This document shows positions 23,601-34,457 of a stretch of 64,000 nt of DNA, in pieces. Location of the stretch: NCBI RefSeq assembly GCF_988243305.1, contig NZ_OZ547136.1, one strand, 5' to 3'. The notes below the pieces were generated by a model. It made no database searches. It was not told the origin of the DNA and saw only the letters and a program-made list of their open reading frames with translations. A program made the position numbers and the translations under genes. Within the stretch, counting starts at the first letter, position 1; each line of letters starts with the position of its first letter.

Positions 23601-23781
23601 GTCGCTGAATCTGGTGCAACTGCACGTTTTGTTACAACGTCACGAATTTTCCACCCTGACGTTGCTTGACCTCTTCACCCACCCTTCTCCTGCTGCCCTG
23701 GCCGATTATCTGGCCGGCGTCGCCACGGTGGAGAAAACAAAACGACCTCGCCCTGTTCGCCGTCGTCAGCGGCGGATATAG
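17674..23781 (+). CDS. irp2: HMWP2 yersiniabactin nonribosomal peptide synthetase
   Basis: Start at MISGAPSQD with AGGAGG 5 nt upstream gives 2035 aa; adenylation core [11 protein letters not shown] and carrier motifs (GGDSLLATR) visible. Confidence 0.93.
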   Translation: MISGAPSQDSLLPDNRHAADYQQLRERLIQELNLTPQQLHEESNLIQAGLDSIRLMRWLHWFRKNGYRLTLRELYAAPTLAAWNQLMLSRSPENAEEETPPDESSWPNMTESTPFPLTPVQHAYLTGRMPGQTLGGVGCHLYQEFEGHCLTASQLEQAITTLLQRHPMLHIAFRPDGQQVWLPQPYWNGVTVHDLRHNDAESRQAYLDALRQRLSHRLLRVEIGETFDFQLTLLPDNRHRLHVNIDLLIMDASSFTLFFDELNALLAGESLPAIDTRYDFRSYLLHQQKINQPLRDDARAYWLAKASTLPPAPVLPLACEPATLCEVRNTRRRMIVPATRWHAFSNRAGEYGVTPTMALATCFSAVLARWGGLTRLLLNITLFDRQPLHPAVGAMLADFTNILLLDTACDGDTVSNLARKNQLTFTEDWEHRHWSGVELLRELKRQQRYPHGAPVVFTSNLGRSLYSSRAESPLGEPEWGISQTPQVWIDHLAFEHHGEVWLQWDSNDALFPPALVETLFDAYCQLINQLCDDESAWQKPFADMMPASQRAIRERVNATGAPIPEGLLHEGIFRIALQQPQALAVTDMRYQWNYHELTDYARRCAGRLIECGVQPGDNVAITMSKGAGQLVAVLAVLLAGAVYVPVSLDQPAARREKIYADASVRLVLICQHDASAGSDDIPVLAWQQAIEAEPIANPVVRAPTQPAYIIYTSGSTGTPKGVVISHRGALNTCCDINTRYQVGPHDRVLALSALHFDLSVYDIFGVLRAGGALVMVMENQRRDPHAWCELIQRHQVTLWNSVPALFDMLLTWCEGFADATPENLRAVMLSGDWIGLDLPARYRAFRPQGQFIAMGGATEASIWSNACEIHDVPAHWRSIPYGFPLTNQRYRVVDEQGRDCPDWVPGELWIGGIGVAEGYFNDPLRSEQQFLTLPDERWYRTGDLGCYWPDGTIEFLGRRDKQVKVGGYRIELGEIESALSQLAGVKQATVLAIGEKEKTLAAYVVPQGEAFCVTDHRNPALPQAWHTLAGTLPCCAISPEISAEQVADFLQHRLLKLKPGHTAGADPLPLMNSLAIQPRWQAVVERWLAFLVTQRRLKPAAEGYQVCAGEEREDEHPHFSGHDLTLSQILRGARNELSLLNDAQWSPESLAFNHPASAPYIQELATICQQLAQRLQRPVRLLEVGTRTGRAAESLLAQLNAGQIEYVGLEQSQEMLLSARQRLAPWPGARLSLWNADTLAAHAHSADIIWLNNALHRLLPENPGLLATLQQLAVPGALLYVMEFRQLTPSALLSTLLLTNGQPEALLHNSADWAALFSAAAFNCQHGDEVAGLQRFLVQCPDRQVRRDPRQLQAALAGRLPGWMVPQRIVFLDALPLTANGKIDYQALKRRHTPEAENPAEADLPQGDIEKQVAALWQQLLSTGNVTRETDFFQQGGDSLLATRLTGQLHQAGYEAQLSDLFNHPRLADFAATLRKTDVPVEQPFVHSPEDRYQPFALTDVQQAYLVGRQPGFALGGVGSHFFVEFEIADLDLTRLETVWNRLIARHDMLRAVVRDGQQQVLEQTPRWVIPAHILHTPEEALQVREKLAHQVLNPEVWPVFDLQVGYVDGMPARLWLCLDNLLLDGLSMQILLAELEHGYRYPQQLLPPLPVTFRDYLQQPSLQSPNPDSLAWWQAQLDDIPPAPALPLRCLPQEVETPRFARLNGALDSTRWHRLKKRAADAHLTPSAVLLSVWSTVLSAWSAQPEFTLNLTLFDRRPLHPQINQILGDFTSLMLLSWHPGESWLHSAQSLQQRLSQNLNHRDVSAIRVMRQLAQRQNVPAVPMPVVFTSALGFEQDNFLARRNLLKPVWGISQTPQVWLDHQIYESEGELRFNWDFVAALFPAGQVERQFEQYCALLNRMAEDESGWQLPLAALVPPVKHAGQCAERSPRVCPEHSQPHIAADESTVSLICDAFREVVGESVTPAENFFEAGATSLNLVQLHVLLQRHEFSTLTLLDLFTHPSPAALADYLAGVATVEKTKRPRPVRRRQRRI

Positions 23782-23868
23782 CGCGAAGCAAACTGATTTT
23801 CCCCGGAACGCCATCGCGAACGCATGGCGTTCCATTGACTTTGTGAATCTTAGGAAACGGGACCGATT

Positions 23869-26800
23869 ATGGATAACTTGCGCTTCTCTTCTGCGCCGAC
23901 AGCAGATTCCATTGATGCATCGATCGTTCAACACTACCCGGACTGCGAACCTGTCGCGGTTATCGGCTACGCCTGCCATTTTCCTGAGTCGCCGGATGGC
24001 GAAACGTTCTGGCAAAATCTGCTGGAAGGTCGTGAATGCAGCCGACGCTTTACGCGCGAAGAGCTTCTGGCCGTCGGTCTGGATGCCGCCATCATTGACG
24101 ATCCTCATTATGTCAATATCGGTACGGTGTTAGACAACGCCGACTGCTTCGACGCCACCCTGTTTGGCTATTCGCGACAGGAAGCGGAGTCGATGGACCC
24201 GCAGCAGCGCCTGTTTTTGCAGGCGGTCTGGCATGCGCTGGAACATGCCGGTTATGCCCCCGGCGCCGTCCCCCATAAGACCGGCGTTTTCGCCTCTTCC
24301 CGGATGAGTACCTACCCCGGTCGCGAAGCATTGAACGTGACAGAAGTCGCGCAGGTAAAAGGTCTGCAATCTCTGATGGGCAATGATAAAGACTATATTG
24401 CCACCCGCGCCGCGTACAAACTCAACCTGCACGGCCCGGCGTTATCGGTACAGACCGCCTGCTCCAGCTCGCTGGTTGCCGTGCATCTGGCCTGTGAAAG
24501 CCTGCGCGCAGGCGAATCCGATATGGCGGTTGCCGGCGGCGTGGCGCTCTCTTTCCCCCAGCAGGCAGGCTACCGCTACCAGCCCGGAATGATTTTCTCT
24601 CCTGATGGTCACTGTCGTCCCTTTGACGCCTCGGCTGAGGGCACCTGGGCCGGTAACGGTCTCGGCTGCGTGGTGCTGCGTCGCCTGAGAGACGCGCTGC
24701 TGTCAGGCGATCCGATTATCTCGGTGATCCTCTCCAGCGCGGTCAACAACGACGGCAACAGAAAGGTCGGCTATACCGCCCCTTCCGTCGCAGGGCAACA
24801 GGCAGTCATCGAAGAGGCGTTAATGCTGGCGGCCATCGACGACAGGCAGGTAGGTTACATTGAAACCCACGGCACCGGCACACCGCTGGGCGACGCGATT
24901 GAAATTGAAGCGTTACGCAACGTCTATGCGCCTCGCCCGCAGGATCAGCGCTGTGCGCTCGGTTCCGTGAAAAGTAACATGGGCCATCTGGATACCGCGG
25001 CGGGCATTGCCGGACTGCTGAAAACCGTTCTGGCAGTCAGTCGCGGGCAAATTCCTCCCTTACTGAATTTTCACACCCCCAACCCGGCGCTGAAACTTGA
25101 AGAGAGCCCCTTTACCATACCGGTGTCGGCACAGGCATGGCAGGACGAAATGCGCTATGCGGGCGTCTCCTCCTTTGGTATTGGCGGCACCAACTGCCAT
25201 ATGATCGTCGCCTCGCTGCCCGACGCGCTCAACGCGCGCCTCCCCAATACGGATAGCGGCAGAAAAAGTACCGCGCTGCTGCTCAGCGCCGCCAGCGACA
25301 GCGCGTTGCGGCGGCTGGCGACGGATTATGCCGGGGCGCTGAGAGAGAATGCGGATGCCAGCTCTCTGGCCTTCACAGCCCTGCACGCGCGCCGTCTCGA
25401 TCTCCCCTTCCGCCTGGCGGCGCCATTAAACCGTGAAACCGCCGAGGCGCTCAGCGCCTGGGCCGGTGAGAAATCGGGGGCGCTGGTTTACAGCGGCCAC
25501 GGCGCCAGCGGCAAGCAGGTGTGGCTGTTTACCGGCCAGGGCTCGCACTGGCGCACTATGGGTCAAACGATGTACCATCACTCAACGGCGTTTGCCGACA
25601 CGCTGGATCGCTGTTTTTCCGCCTGTAGCGAAATGCTCACGCCGTCACTGCGCGAAGCGATGTTTAATCCCGATTCGGCGCAGCTGGACAATATGGCCTG
25701 GGCGCAGCCGGCGATTGTCGCGTTTGAAATCGCGATGGCGGCGCACTGGCGTGCTGAAGGACTGAAGCCAGACTTCGCCATTGGGCATTCCGTCGGTGAA
25801 TTTGCCGCTGCCGTTGTCTGCGGACACTATACGATTGAACAGGTCATGCCACTGGTTTGTCGGCGCGGCGCGCTAATGCAGCAGTGCGCAAGCGGCGCGA
25901 TGGTGGCGGTATTTGCAGACGAAGACACGCTGATGCCGCTGGCTCGCCAGTTTGAGCTGGATCTCGCCGCCAACAACGGTACGCAACATACGGTATTTTC
26001 CGGGCCGGAAGCCCGTCTCGCGGTATTTTGCGCCACGCTCTCGCAGCATGACATTAACTATCGTCGCCTGAGCGTAACCGGTGCGGCGCACTCCGCTTTA
26101 CTGGAGCCGATACTCGATCGGTTCCTGGACACCTGCGCGGGACTGCACGCGGAGCCGGGGCAAATACCGATTATTTCCACGCTCACCGCCGACGTCATTG
26201 ATGAGTCAACGCTCAACCAGGCGGATTACTGGCGCCGACACATGCGCCAGCCGGTGCGTTTTATCCAGAGTATTCAGGTGGCGCATCAGCTCGGCGCCCG
26301 CGTTTTTCTGGAGATGGGGCCCGATGCCCAGTTGGTTGCTTGCGGGCAGCGCGAATACCGCGATAACGCATACTGGATAGCCAGCGCCCGGCGTAACAAA
26401 GAGGCGAGCGATGTCCTCAATCAGGCCCTGCTCCAGCTTTACGCTGCCGGCGTCGCCCTACCGTGGGCCGACCTGCTGGCGGGCGATGGACAACGTATCG
26501 CTGCGCCATGTTATCCGTTTGATACTGAACGTTACTGGAAAGAGCGCGTCTCCCCGGCCTGCGAGCCTGCCGACGCAGCGCTGTCTGCCGGGCTGGAGGT
26601 GGCGAGTCGCGCCGCGACAGCGCTCGATCTCCCTCGCCTGGAAGCGCTTAAACAGTGCGCCACGCGACTGCACGCCATCTACGTCGATCAACTGGTACAA
26701 CGCTGTACCGGCGATGCCATTGAGAACGGCGTGGACGCCATGACCATCATGCGCCGTGGACGTCTGCTGCCCCGCTACCAGCAGCTACTCCAGCGCCTGC

Positions 26801-29800
26801 TGAATAACTGCGTGGTCGACGGCGATTACCGCTGCACCGACGGGCGATACGTCCGCGCCCGCCCCATTGAACATCAACAGCGGGAATCACTGCTGACGGA
26901 ACTTGCCGGTTATTGTGAAGGTTTTCAGGCTATTCCCGACACCATCGCCCGTGCCGGCGATCGGTTATATGAAATGATGAGCGGCGCGGAAGAACCGGTG
27001 GCGATTATCTTCCCGCAAAGCGCCTCCGACGGCGTGGAAGTGCTGTATCAGGAATTCAGCTTTGGCCGCTATTTCAACCAAATCGCCGCCGGGGTATTAC
27101 GCGGCATTGTCCAGACGCGTCAGCCCCGCCAGCCGTTGCGTATTCTTGAAGTTGGCGGCGGAACCGGCGGCACCACCGCGTGGCTGCTGCCGGAACTCAA
27201 CGGCGTTCCGGCACTGGAGTACCATTTCACCGATATCTCGGCGCTGTTCACCCGTCGCGCCCAGCAGAAATTCGCCGACTACGATTTTGTGAAGTATAGC
27301 GAGCTGGATCTCGAAAAAGAGGCGCAGTCTCAGGGTTTCCAGGCACAGTCTTACGATCTTATCGTGGCAGCGAACGTGATTCACGCCACCCGCCATATTG
27401 GCCGCACGCTCGATAATCTGCGCCCCCTGCTCAAGCCGGGCGGGCGCCTGCTGATGCGCGAAATCACCCAGCCAATGCGTCTGTTTGACTTCGTTTTCGG
27501 CCCGCTGGTTCTTCCGCTACAGGATCTCGACGCCCGCGAAGGTGAGTTATTCCTCACCACCGCTCAGTGGCAACAACAGTGCCGCCACGCCGGATTCAGC
27601 AAAGTGGCGTGGCTACCGCAGGATGGCAGCCCGAACGCCGGGATGAGCGAACATATCATTCTCGCCACGCTGCCCGGTCAGGCGGTTAGCGCCGTAACAT
27701 TCACCGCGCCATCAGAACCCGTGTTGGGGCAGGCGCTGACGGATAACGGTGATTATCTCGCCGACTGGTCTGATTGCGCAGGTCAGCCCGAACAGTTTAA
27801 CGCCCGCTGGCAGGAGGCATGGCGTCTGCTTTCACAGCGTCATGGCGACGCTCTGCCTGTGGAACCGCCCCCCGTCGCCGCCCCGGAGTGGCTGGGGAAG
27901 GTTCGCTTAAGCTGGCAAAACGAAGCCTTTTCCCGCGGTCAGATGCGCGTTGAAGCCCGTCATCCTGCTGGCGAGTGGCTGCCGCTATCGCCCGCCGCGC
28001 CTCTTCCTGCGCCGCAAACGCATTATCAATGGCGCTGGACGCCCCTCAACGTCGCCAGCATTGACCATCCGCTTACCTTTAGCTTCAGCGCCGGTACGCT
28101 TGCGCGCAGCGACGAGCTGGCGCAATACGGCATCATTCACGATCCGCACGCCTCTTCACGACTGATGATTGTTGAGGAGAGCGAGGATACGCTGGCCTTA
28201 GCGGAGAAAGTGATAGCAGCGCTCACCGCCAGCGCAGCCGGATTGATTGTGGTTACTCGCCGCGCGTGGCGAGTCGAGGAAAATGAAGCACTCTCTGCAT
28301 CCCATCACGCGCTATGGGCCTTGCTTCGCGTCGCGGCCAACGAACAGCCGGAACGGTTGCTTGCCGCCATCGATCTCGCCGAAAACACCCCGTGGGAAAC
28401 GCTGCATCAAGGGTTGAGCGCAGTCTCACTATCACAGCGCTGGCTCGCCGCACGGAGTGACACCCTTTGGCTTCCTTCACTGTCGCCCAATACGGGATGC
28501 GCCGCTGAATTACCGGCAAACGTGTTTACCGGCGATAGCCGCTGGCATCTGGTGACCGGAGCGTTTGGCGGATTAGGCCGCCTTGCCGTGAACTGGCTCA
28601 GAGAAAAAGGGGCGCGACGCATCGCCCTGCTGGCGCCGCGCGTGGATGAGTCATGGCTACGCGACGTGGAGGGCGGGCAGACGCGCGTCTGCCGTTGTGA
28701 TGTGGGCGATGCCGGGCAACTGGCCACGGTTCTTGACGATCTGGCGGCCAACGGCGGCATTGCCGGAGCGATTCATGCCGCTGGCGTATTGGCTGACGCG
28801 CCCTTGCAGGAGCTTGATGACCACCAGCTGGCTGCCGTTTTCGCGGTAAAAGCGCAGGCGGCAAGCCAGCTGTTGCAAACCCTGCGCAACCACGACGGAC
28901 GCTATCTTATTCTCTACTCTTCCGCTGCCGCCACCCTCGGCGCGCCGGGTCAGAGCGCCCATGCGCTGGCCTGCGGCTACCTGGACGGGCTGGCCCAGCA
29001 GTTTTCCACCCTTGATGCGCCGAAAACGCTCTCTGTCGCCTGGGGCGCATGGGGAGAAAGCGGTCGGGCGGCCACGCCGGAAATGCTGGCGACGCTCGCC
29101 AGCCGAGGTATGGGCGCGTTAAGCGATGCCGAAGGCTGCTGGCACCTGGAACAGGCGGTGATGCGCGGCGCCCCGTGGCGACTGGCGATGCGCGTTTTTA
29201 CCGACAAAATGCCCCCGTTACAACAGGCTCTGTTTAACATCAGCGCCACAGAAAAAGCCGCAACGCCGGTCATTCCTCCTGCTGATGACAACGCCTTTAA
29301 CGGCAGCCTGAGCGATGAAACAGCGGTGATGGCATGGCTGAAAAAGCGGATTGCGGTTCAGCTAAGGCTGAGCGATCCGGCGTCACTGCATCCAAACCAG
29401 GATCTGTTGCAACTCGGCATGGACTCGCTGCTCTTCCTTGAACTCAGTAGCGATATTCAGCACTACCTGGGTGTACGCATCAATGCGGAACGGGCGTGGC
29501 AGGATCTGTCTCCTCATGGACTCACGCAGCTTATCTGTTCTAAGCCAGAGGCGACGCCTGCCGCTTCGCAGCCGGAAGTGTTGCGGCACGACGCCGACGA
29601 GCGTTATGCGCCCTTCCCTTTGACGCCCATTCAGCACGCCTACTGGCTGGGGCGAACCCACCTCATTGGCTATGGCGGCGTCGCCTGTCACGTCCTGTTT
29701 GAGTGGGATAAACGCCACGATGAGTTCGATCTCGCCATACTGGAGAAAGCATGGAACCAGCTCATCGCACGCCACGATATGTTGCGTATGGTGGTTGATG

Positions 29801-32800
29801 CCGACGGGCAGCAGCGAATCCTGGCGACAACGCCGGAGTATCACATCCCGCGTGACGATCTGCGCGCGCTTTCCCCGGAAGAACAGCGCATCGCGCTGGA
29901 AAAACGGCGGCATGAACTGAGCTATCGCGTTTTGCCTGCCGACCAGTGGCCTCTTTTTGAGCTGGTGGTCAGCGAAATCGACGATTGCCATTACCGTCTG
30001 CATATGAACCTCGACCTTTTGCAGTTTGATGTGCAGAGTTTTAAAGTCATGATGGACGACCTGGCGCAGGTCTGGCGCGGTGAAACGCTGGCACCGCTCG
30101 CTATTACCTTCCGTGATTATGTGATGGCTGAACAGGCGCGCCGACAGACATCGGCATGGCACGATGCCTGGGATTACTGGCAGGAAAAACTGCCGCAACT
30201 GCCCTTAGCGCCAGAGCTGCCGGTGGTTGAGACGCCCCCGGAAACGCCACACTTCACCACCTTCAAATCGACGATCGGCAAGACAGAATGGCAGGCCGTG
30301 AAACAGCGCTGGCAGCAGCAAGGCGTCACACCGTCTGCCGCGCTGCTCACGCTGTTTGCCGCCACCCTTGAGCGCTGGAGCCGTACCACAACATTTACGC
30401 TGAACCTGACGTTCTTCAATCGCCAGCCGATCCATCCGCAAATCAACCAGTTGATTGGTGATTTTACCTCCGTCACGCTGGTTGATTTTAACTTCTCAGC
30501 GCCGGTGACGTTGCAAGAGCAGATGCAACAGACCCAACAGCGCCTCTGGCAAAACATGGCGCACAGTGAAATGAACGGTGTTGAGGTGATCCGTGAGCTG
30601 GGCCGCCTGCGCGGATCACAACGTCAACCGCTGATGCCGGTAGTGTTTACCAGTATGCTGGGGATGACGCTGGAAGGCATGACTATCGATCAGGCGATGA
30701 GCCATCTGTTCGGCGAACCCTGCTATGTATTCACGCAAACGCCGCAGGTCTGGCTGGATCATCAGGTCATGGAGAGTGACGGCGAGTTGATGTTTAGCTG
30801 GTACTGCATGGACAACGTGCTGGAACCCGGCGCTGCCGAGGCGATGTTTAATGACTATTGCGCCATCCTGCAAGCCGTCATCGCCGCCCCTGAAAGCCTG
30901 AAGACTCTCGCCAGCGGCATCGCCAGGCACATTCCCCGCCGACGCTGGCCGCTGAACGCGCAGGCGGACTACGACCTGCGGGATATTGAGCAGGCGACGC
31001 TCGAATACCCCGGCATCCGGCAGGCCAGAGCGGAAATAACCGAACAGGGCGCGTTGACGCTGGATATCGTGATGGCCGACGATCCTTCGCCATCAGCGGC
31101 GATGCCTGATGAGCACGAACTTACCCAACTGGCGCTGCCGTTGCCTGAGCAGGCGCAGCTTGATGAGCTGGAGGCGACCTGGCGCTGGCTGGAGGCGCGT
31201 GCGCTACAGGGGATCGCGGCTACGCTAAATCGTCACGGCCTGTTTACCACGCCGGAGATCGCCCATCGCTTTAGCGCAATAGTACAGGCGCTGTCCTCGC
31301 AAGCGTCTCACCAGCGTCTGCTGCGCCAGTGGCTACAGTGTCTGACGGAAAGAGAGTGGTTAATCCGCGAAGGTGAAAGCTGGCGCTGCCGCATTCCGCT
31401 CAGCGAGATTCCTGAGCCTCAGGAAGCGTGCCCGCAAAGCCAATGGAGCCAGGCGCTGGCGCAGTATCTGGAAACCTGCATCGCCCGGCACGACGCCCTC
31501 TTCTCCGGGCAGTGTTCTCCGCTGGAATTGCTGTTCAACGAGCAGCATCGCGTTACCGACGCGCTGTATCGCGACAACCCCGCCAGCGCCTGTCTGAATC
31601 GCTATACCGCGCAGATTGCCGCCTTGTGCAGCGCAGAACGGATTCTGGAGGTTGGCGCCGGAACCGCAGCCACTACCGCGCCGGTGCTGAAGGCCACGCG
31701 GAACACGCGACAGTCGTACCACTTCACGGACGTCTCCGCGCAGTTCCTCAATGACGCCAGAGCCCGTTTCCATGATGAATCGCAGGTGTCTTATGCCTTG
31801 TTCGACATCAACCAGCCGCTGGATTTCACCGCCCACCCGGAGGCGGGTTACGACCTGATCGTTGCCGTCAATGTGCTCCACGACGCCAGCCATGTCGTCC
31901 AGACGTTGCGCAGATTAAAACTGTTGCTGAAAGCCGGCGGACGTTTGCTGATCGTTGAAGCGACGGAGCGAAACAGCGTATTCCAGCTGGCGAGCGTGGG
32001 CTTTATTGAGGGATTAAGCGGATACCGCGATTTCCGCCGCCGGGATGAGAAACCGATGCTCACCCGCTCCGCATGGCAGGAGGTTCTCGTTCAGGCCGGG
32101 TTTGCAAACGAGCTGGCGTGGCCCGCGCAGGAATCGTCGCCGCTGCGCCAGCATCTGCTGGTAGCGCGTTCGCCTGGCGTAAATCGCCCGGATAAAAAAG
32201 CCGTGAGCCGCTATTTACAGCAGCGCTTTGGCACCGGTCTGCCCATTTTACAGATCCGGCAAAGAGAAGCGTTATTTACGCCGCTGCATGCCCCGTCTGA
32301 TGCGCCGACTGAGCCAGCCAAACCCACGCCAGTTGCCGGGGGGAATCCGGCACTGGAAAAACAGGTGGCTGAACTCTGGCAATCGCTGCTGTCTCGCCCC
32401 GTGGCAAGGCATCACGACTTTTTCGAACTGGGCGGCGACAGCCTGATGGCGACAAGGATGGTCGCGCAGCTAAACCGGAGAGGGATTGCCAGGGCTAACC
32501 TTCAGGATCTGTTCAGCCATTCGACGCTGAGCGACTTCTGCGCCCATCTACAGGCGGCTACGTCAGGAGAGGACAACCCGATACCCCTTTGCCAGGGCGA
32601 CGGTGAGGAAACCCTGTTTGTCTTCCACGCTTCAGACGGCGATATCAGCGCCTGGCTGCCGCTCGCTAGCGCGTTGAACAGGCGCGTTTTCGGCCTGCAA
32701 GCAAAATCGCCGCAGCGCCTTGCCACGCTCGACCAGATGATCGATGAGTATGTCGGGTGCATCCGTCGTCAGCAGCCTCACGGCCCTTATGTGCTGGCGG

Positions 32801-33360
32801 GTTGGTCGTATGGCGCGTTTCTTGCGGCGGGCGCCGCACAACGCCTGTACGCCAAAGGCGAGCAGGTTCGGATGGTGTTAATCGATCCCGTGTGCCGACA
32901 GGATTTCTGTTGCGAAAACCGGGCGGCCCTGCTGCGCCTGTTAGCCGAAGGACAAACGCCTCTGGCACTGCCCGAACATTTCGACCAGCAGACGCCCGAC
33001 AGCCAGCTTGCCGACTTTATCAGCCTCGCTAAAACGGCCGGTATGGTGTCGCAAAACCTGACGCTGCAAGCGGCAGAAACGTGGCTCGACAACATCGCGC
33101 ATCTGCTGCGTTTACTGACTGAGCATACGCCGGGCGAAAGCGTTCCGGTCCCCTGTCTCATGGTGTATGCCGCCGGGAGACCCGCGCACTGGACGCCAGC
33201 AGAAACCGAGTGGCAGGGCTGGATAAACAACGCCGACGACGCTGTGATTGAAGCCAGCCACTGGCAAATCATGATGGAAGCCCCCCACGTTCAGGCTTGT
33301 GCGCAACACATTACGCGCTGGCTTTGCGCAACCTCAACGCAACCGGAGAACACGTTATGA
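23869..33360 (+). CDS. irp1: HMWP1 yersiniabactin hybrid polyketide synthase / nonribosomal peptide synthetase
   Basis: 3163-aa ORF; KS active site TACSSSLVA, AT GHSVGE, two SAM-methyltransferase glycine motifs (LEVGGGTGGTT, LEVGAGTAATT), ACP LGMDSLL, PCP LGGDSLMATR, C-terminal thioesterase GWSYGAF. Confidence 0.93.
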   Translation: MDNLRFSSAPTADSIDASIVQHYPDCEPVAVIGYACHFPESPDGETFWQNLLEGRECSRRFTREELLAVGLDAAIIDDPHYVNIGTVLDNADCFDATLFGYSRQEAESMDPQQRLFLQAVWHALEHAGYAPGAVPHKTGVFASSRMSTYPGREALNVTEVAQVKGLQSLMGNDKDYIATRAAYKLNLHGPALSVQTACSSSLVAVHLACESLRAGESDMAVAGGVALSFPQQAGYRYQPGMIFSPDGHCRPFDASAEGTWAGNGLGCVVLRRLRDALLSGDPIISVILSSAVNNDGNRKVGYTAPSVAGQQAVIEEALMLAAIDDRQVGYIETHGTGTPLGDAIEIEALRNVYAPRPQDQRCALGSVKSNMGHLDTAAGIAGLLKTVLAVSRGQIPPLLNFHTPNPALKLEESPFTIPVSAQAWQDEMRYAGVSSFGIGGTNCHMIVASLPDALNARLPNTDSGRKSTALLLSAASDSALRRLATDYAGALRENADASSLAFTALHARRLDLPFRLAAPLNRETAEALSAWAGEKSGALVYSGHGASGKQVWLFTGQGSHWRTMGQTMYHHSTAFADTLDRCFSACSEMLTPSLREAMFNPDSAQLDNMAWAQPAIVAFEIAMAAHWRAEGLKPDFAIGHSVGEFAAAVVCGHYTIEQVMPLVCRRGALMQQCASGAMVAVFADEDTLMPLARQFELDLAANNGTQHTVFSGPEARLAVFCATLSQHDINYRRLSVTGAAHSALLEPILDRFLDTCAGLHAEPGQIPIISTLTADVIDESTLNQADYWRRHMRQPVRFIQSIQVAHQLGARVFLEMGPDAQLVACGQREYRDNAYWIASARRNKEASDVLNQALLQLYAAGVALPWADLLAGDGQRIAAPCYPFDTERYWKERVSPACEPADAALSAGLEVASRAATALDLPRLEALKQCATRLHAIYVDQLVQRCTGDAIENGVDAMTIMRRGRLLPRYQQLLQRLLNNCVVDGDYRCTDGRYVRARPIEHQQRESLLTELAGYCEGFQAIPDTIARAGDRLYEMMSGAEEPVAIIFPQSASDGVEVLYQEFSFGRYFNQIAAGVLRGIVQTRQPRQPLRILEVGGGTGGTTAWLLPELNGVPALEYHFTDISALFTRRAQQKFADYDFVKYSELDLEKEAQSQGFQAQSYDLIVAANVIHATRHIGRTLDNLRPLLKPGGRLLMREITQPMRLFDFVFGPLVLPLQDLDAREGELFLTTAQWQQQCRHAGFSKVAWLPQDGSPNAGMSEHIILATLPGQAVSAVTFTAPSEPVLGQALTDNGDYLADWSDCAGQPEQFNARWQEAWRLLSQRHGDALPVEPPPVAAPEWLGKVRLSWQNEAFSRGQMRVEARHPAGEWLPLSPAAPLPAPQTHYQWRWTPLNVASIDHPLTFSFSAGTLARSDELAQYGIIHDPHASSRLMIVEESEDTLALAEKVIAALTASAAGLIVVTRRAWRVEENEALSASHHALWALLRVAANEQPERLLAAIDLAENTPWETLHQGLSAVSLSQRWLAARSDTLWLPSLSPNTGCAAELPANVFTGDSRWHLVTGAFGGLGRLAVNWLREKGARRIALLAPRVDESWLRDVEGGQTRVCRCDVGDAGQLATVLDDLAANGGIAGAIHAAGVLADAPLQELDDHQLAAVFAVKAQAASQLLQTLRNHDGRYLILYSSAAATLGAPGQSAHALACGYLDGLAQQFSTLDAPKTLSVAWGAWGESGRAATPEMLATLASRGMGALSDAEGCWHLEQAVMRGAPWRLAMRVFTDKMPPLQQALFNISATEKAATPVIPPADDNAFNGSLSDETAVMAWLKKRIAVQLRLSDPASLHPNQDLLQLGMDSLLFLELSSDIQHYLGVRINAERAWQDLSPHGLTQLICSKPEATPAASQPEVLRHDADERYAPFPLTPIQHAYWLGRTHLIGYGGVACHVLFEWDKRHDEFDLAILEKAWNQLIARHDMLRMVVDADGQQRILATTPEYHIPRDDLRALSPEEQRIALEKRRHELSYRVLPADQWPLFELVVSEIDDCHYRLHMNLDLLQFDVQSFKVMMDDLAQVWRGETLAPLAITFRDYVMAEQARRQTSAWHDAWDYWQEKLPQLPLAPELPVVETPPETPHFTTFKSTIGKTEWQAVKQRWQQQGVTPSAALLTLFAATLERWSRTTTFTLNLTFFNRQPIHPQINQLIGDFTSVTLVDFNFSAPVTLQEQMQQTQQRLWQNMAHSEMNGVEVIRELGRLRGSQRQPLMPVVFTSMLGMTLEGMTIDQAMSHLFGEPCYVFTQTPQVWLDHQVMESDGELMFSWYCMDNVLEPGAAEAMFNDYCAILQAVIAAPESLKTLASGIARHIPRRRWPLNAQADYDLRDIEQATLEYPGIRQARAEITEQGALTLDIVMADDPSPSAAMPDEHELTQLALPLPEQAQLDELEATWRWLEARALQGIAATLNRHGLFTTPEIAHRFSAIVQALSSQASHQRLLRQWLQCLTEREWLIREGESWRCRIPLSEIPEPQEACPQSQWSQALAQYLETCIARHDALFSGQCSPLELLFNEQHRVTDALYRDNPASACLNRYTAQIAALCSAERILEVGAGTAATTAPVLKATRNTRQSYHFTDVSAQFLNDARARFHDESQVSYALFDINQPLDFTAHPEAGYDLIVAVNVLHDASHVVQTLRRLKLLLKAGGRLLIVEATERNSVFQLASVGFIEGLSGYRDFRRRDEKPMLTRSAWQEVLVQAGFANELAWPAQESSPLRQHLLVARSPGVNRPDKKAVSRYLQQRFGTGLPILQIRQREALFTPLHAPSDAPTEPAKPTPVAGGNPALEKQVAELWQSLLSRPVARHHDFFELGGDSLMATRMVAQLNRRGIARANLQDLFSHSTLSDFCAHLQAATSGEDNPIPLCQGDGEETLFVFHASDGDISAWLPLASALNRRVFGLQAKSPQRLATLDQMIDEYVGCIRRQQPHGPYVLAGWSYGAFLAAGAAQRLYAKGEQVRMVLIDPVCRQDFCCENRAALLRLLAEGQTPLALPEHFDQQTPDSQLADFISLAKTAGMVSQNLTLQAAETWLDNIAHLLRLLTEHTPGESVPVPCLMVYAAGRPAHWTPAETEWQGWINNADDAVIEASHWQIMMEAPHVQACAQHITRWLCATSTQPENTL

Positions 33361-34457
33361 TGCCGTCCGCCTCCCCAAAACAACGCGTACTGATTGTGGG
33401 CGCCAAATTTGGCGAAATGTACCTGAATGCCTTTATGCAGCCCCCGGAGGGGCTGGAACTGGTCGGCCTGCTGGCGCAGGGAAGCGCCCGTTCAAGAGAG
33501 CTGGCTCATGCGTTTGGCATTCCGCTGTATACCTCGCCGGAACAGATAACCAGGATGCCGGATATCGCCTGTATTGTCGTGCGTTCGACCGTCGCCGGAG
33601 GAACCGGTACGCAGCTTGCCAGACACTTTCTGACGCGCGGCGTACACGTCATTCAGGAGCATCCCCTCCACCCGGATGACATCAGTTCCTTACAAACGCT
33701 GGCGCAGGAACAGGGCTGCTGCTATTGGGTAAACACGTTTTATCCGCATACGCGCGCGGGACGCACATGGCTTCGCGATGCGCAGCAGCTGCGTCGCTGT
33801 CTGGCTAAGACGCCGCAGGTGGTCCACGCCACCACCAGCCGACAGTTGCTCTACTCCACTCTGGATTTGTTGTTGCTGGCTCTGGGCGTTGATGCCGTCG
33901 CCGTGGAGTGCGACGTGGTTGGCAGCTTTAGCGATTTTCACTGTCTGAGACTCTTCTGGCCGGAGGGAGAAGCCTGCCTGCTGCTTCAGCGCTATCTCGA
34001 TCCTGACGATCCAGATATGCATAGCCTTATCATGCACCGCCTGCTGCTGGGCTGGCCGGAAGGTCATCTTTCGCTGGAGGCGAGCTACGGCCCCGTCATC
34101 TGGTCATCCAGCCTGTTTGTCGCAGACCATCAGGAGAACGCCCACAGCCTCTACCGCAGACCGGAGATCCTGCGCGATCTGCCGGGTCTGACGCGCAGCG
34201 CGGCGCCCCTGAGCTGGCGCGACTGCTGCGAAACCGTCGGGCCGGAGGGCGTCAGCTGGTTGCTACACCAGTTGCGCAGCCATCTGGCGGGCGAACATCC
34301 ACCAGCGGCCTGCCAAAGCGTACATCAGATCGCGTTATCACGTTTATGGCAGCAGATTTTACGTAAGACCGGCAATGCGGAGATCAGACGCCTGACGCCG
34401 CCGCACCACGACCGGTTAGCCGGTTTCTACAACGATGATGATAAGGAGGCGCTGTGA
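33357..34457 (+). CDS. ybtU: thiazolinyl reductase of yersiniabactin biosynthesis
   Basis: Start set at the ATG overlapping the irp1 stop (MMPSASPKQRVLIVGAKFGE, 366 aa) rather than the upstream in-frame ATG. Confidence 0.88.
   Translation: MMPSASPKQRVLIVGAKFGEMYLNAFMQPPEGLELVGLLAQGSARSRELAHAFGIPLYTSPEQITRMPDIACIVVRSTVAGGTGTQLARHFLTRGVHVIQEHPLHPDDISSLQTLAQEQGCCYWVNTFYPHTRAGRTWLRDAQQLRRCLAKTPQVVHATTSRQLLYSTLDLLLLALGVDAVAVECDVVGSFSDFHCLRLFWPEGEACLLLQRYLDPDDPDMHSLIMHRLLLGWPEGHLSLEASYGPVIWSSSLFVADHQENAHSLYRRPEILRDLPGLTRSAAPLSWRDCCETVGPEGVSWLLHQLRSHLAGEHPPAACQSVHQIALSRLWQQILRKTGNAEIRRLTPPHHDRLAGFYNDDDKEAL

Noticed and set aside
29383-30198. 271-aa minus-strand ORF inside irp1
   Set aside because: Lies entirely antisense within an intact GC-rich NRPS/PKS gene with clear domain motifs; long antisense ORFs are expected at this GC content and it has no start context or recognisable features.
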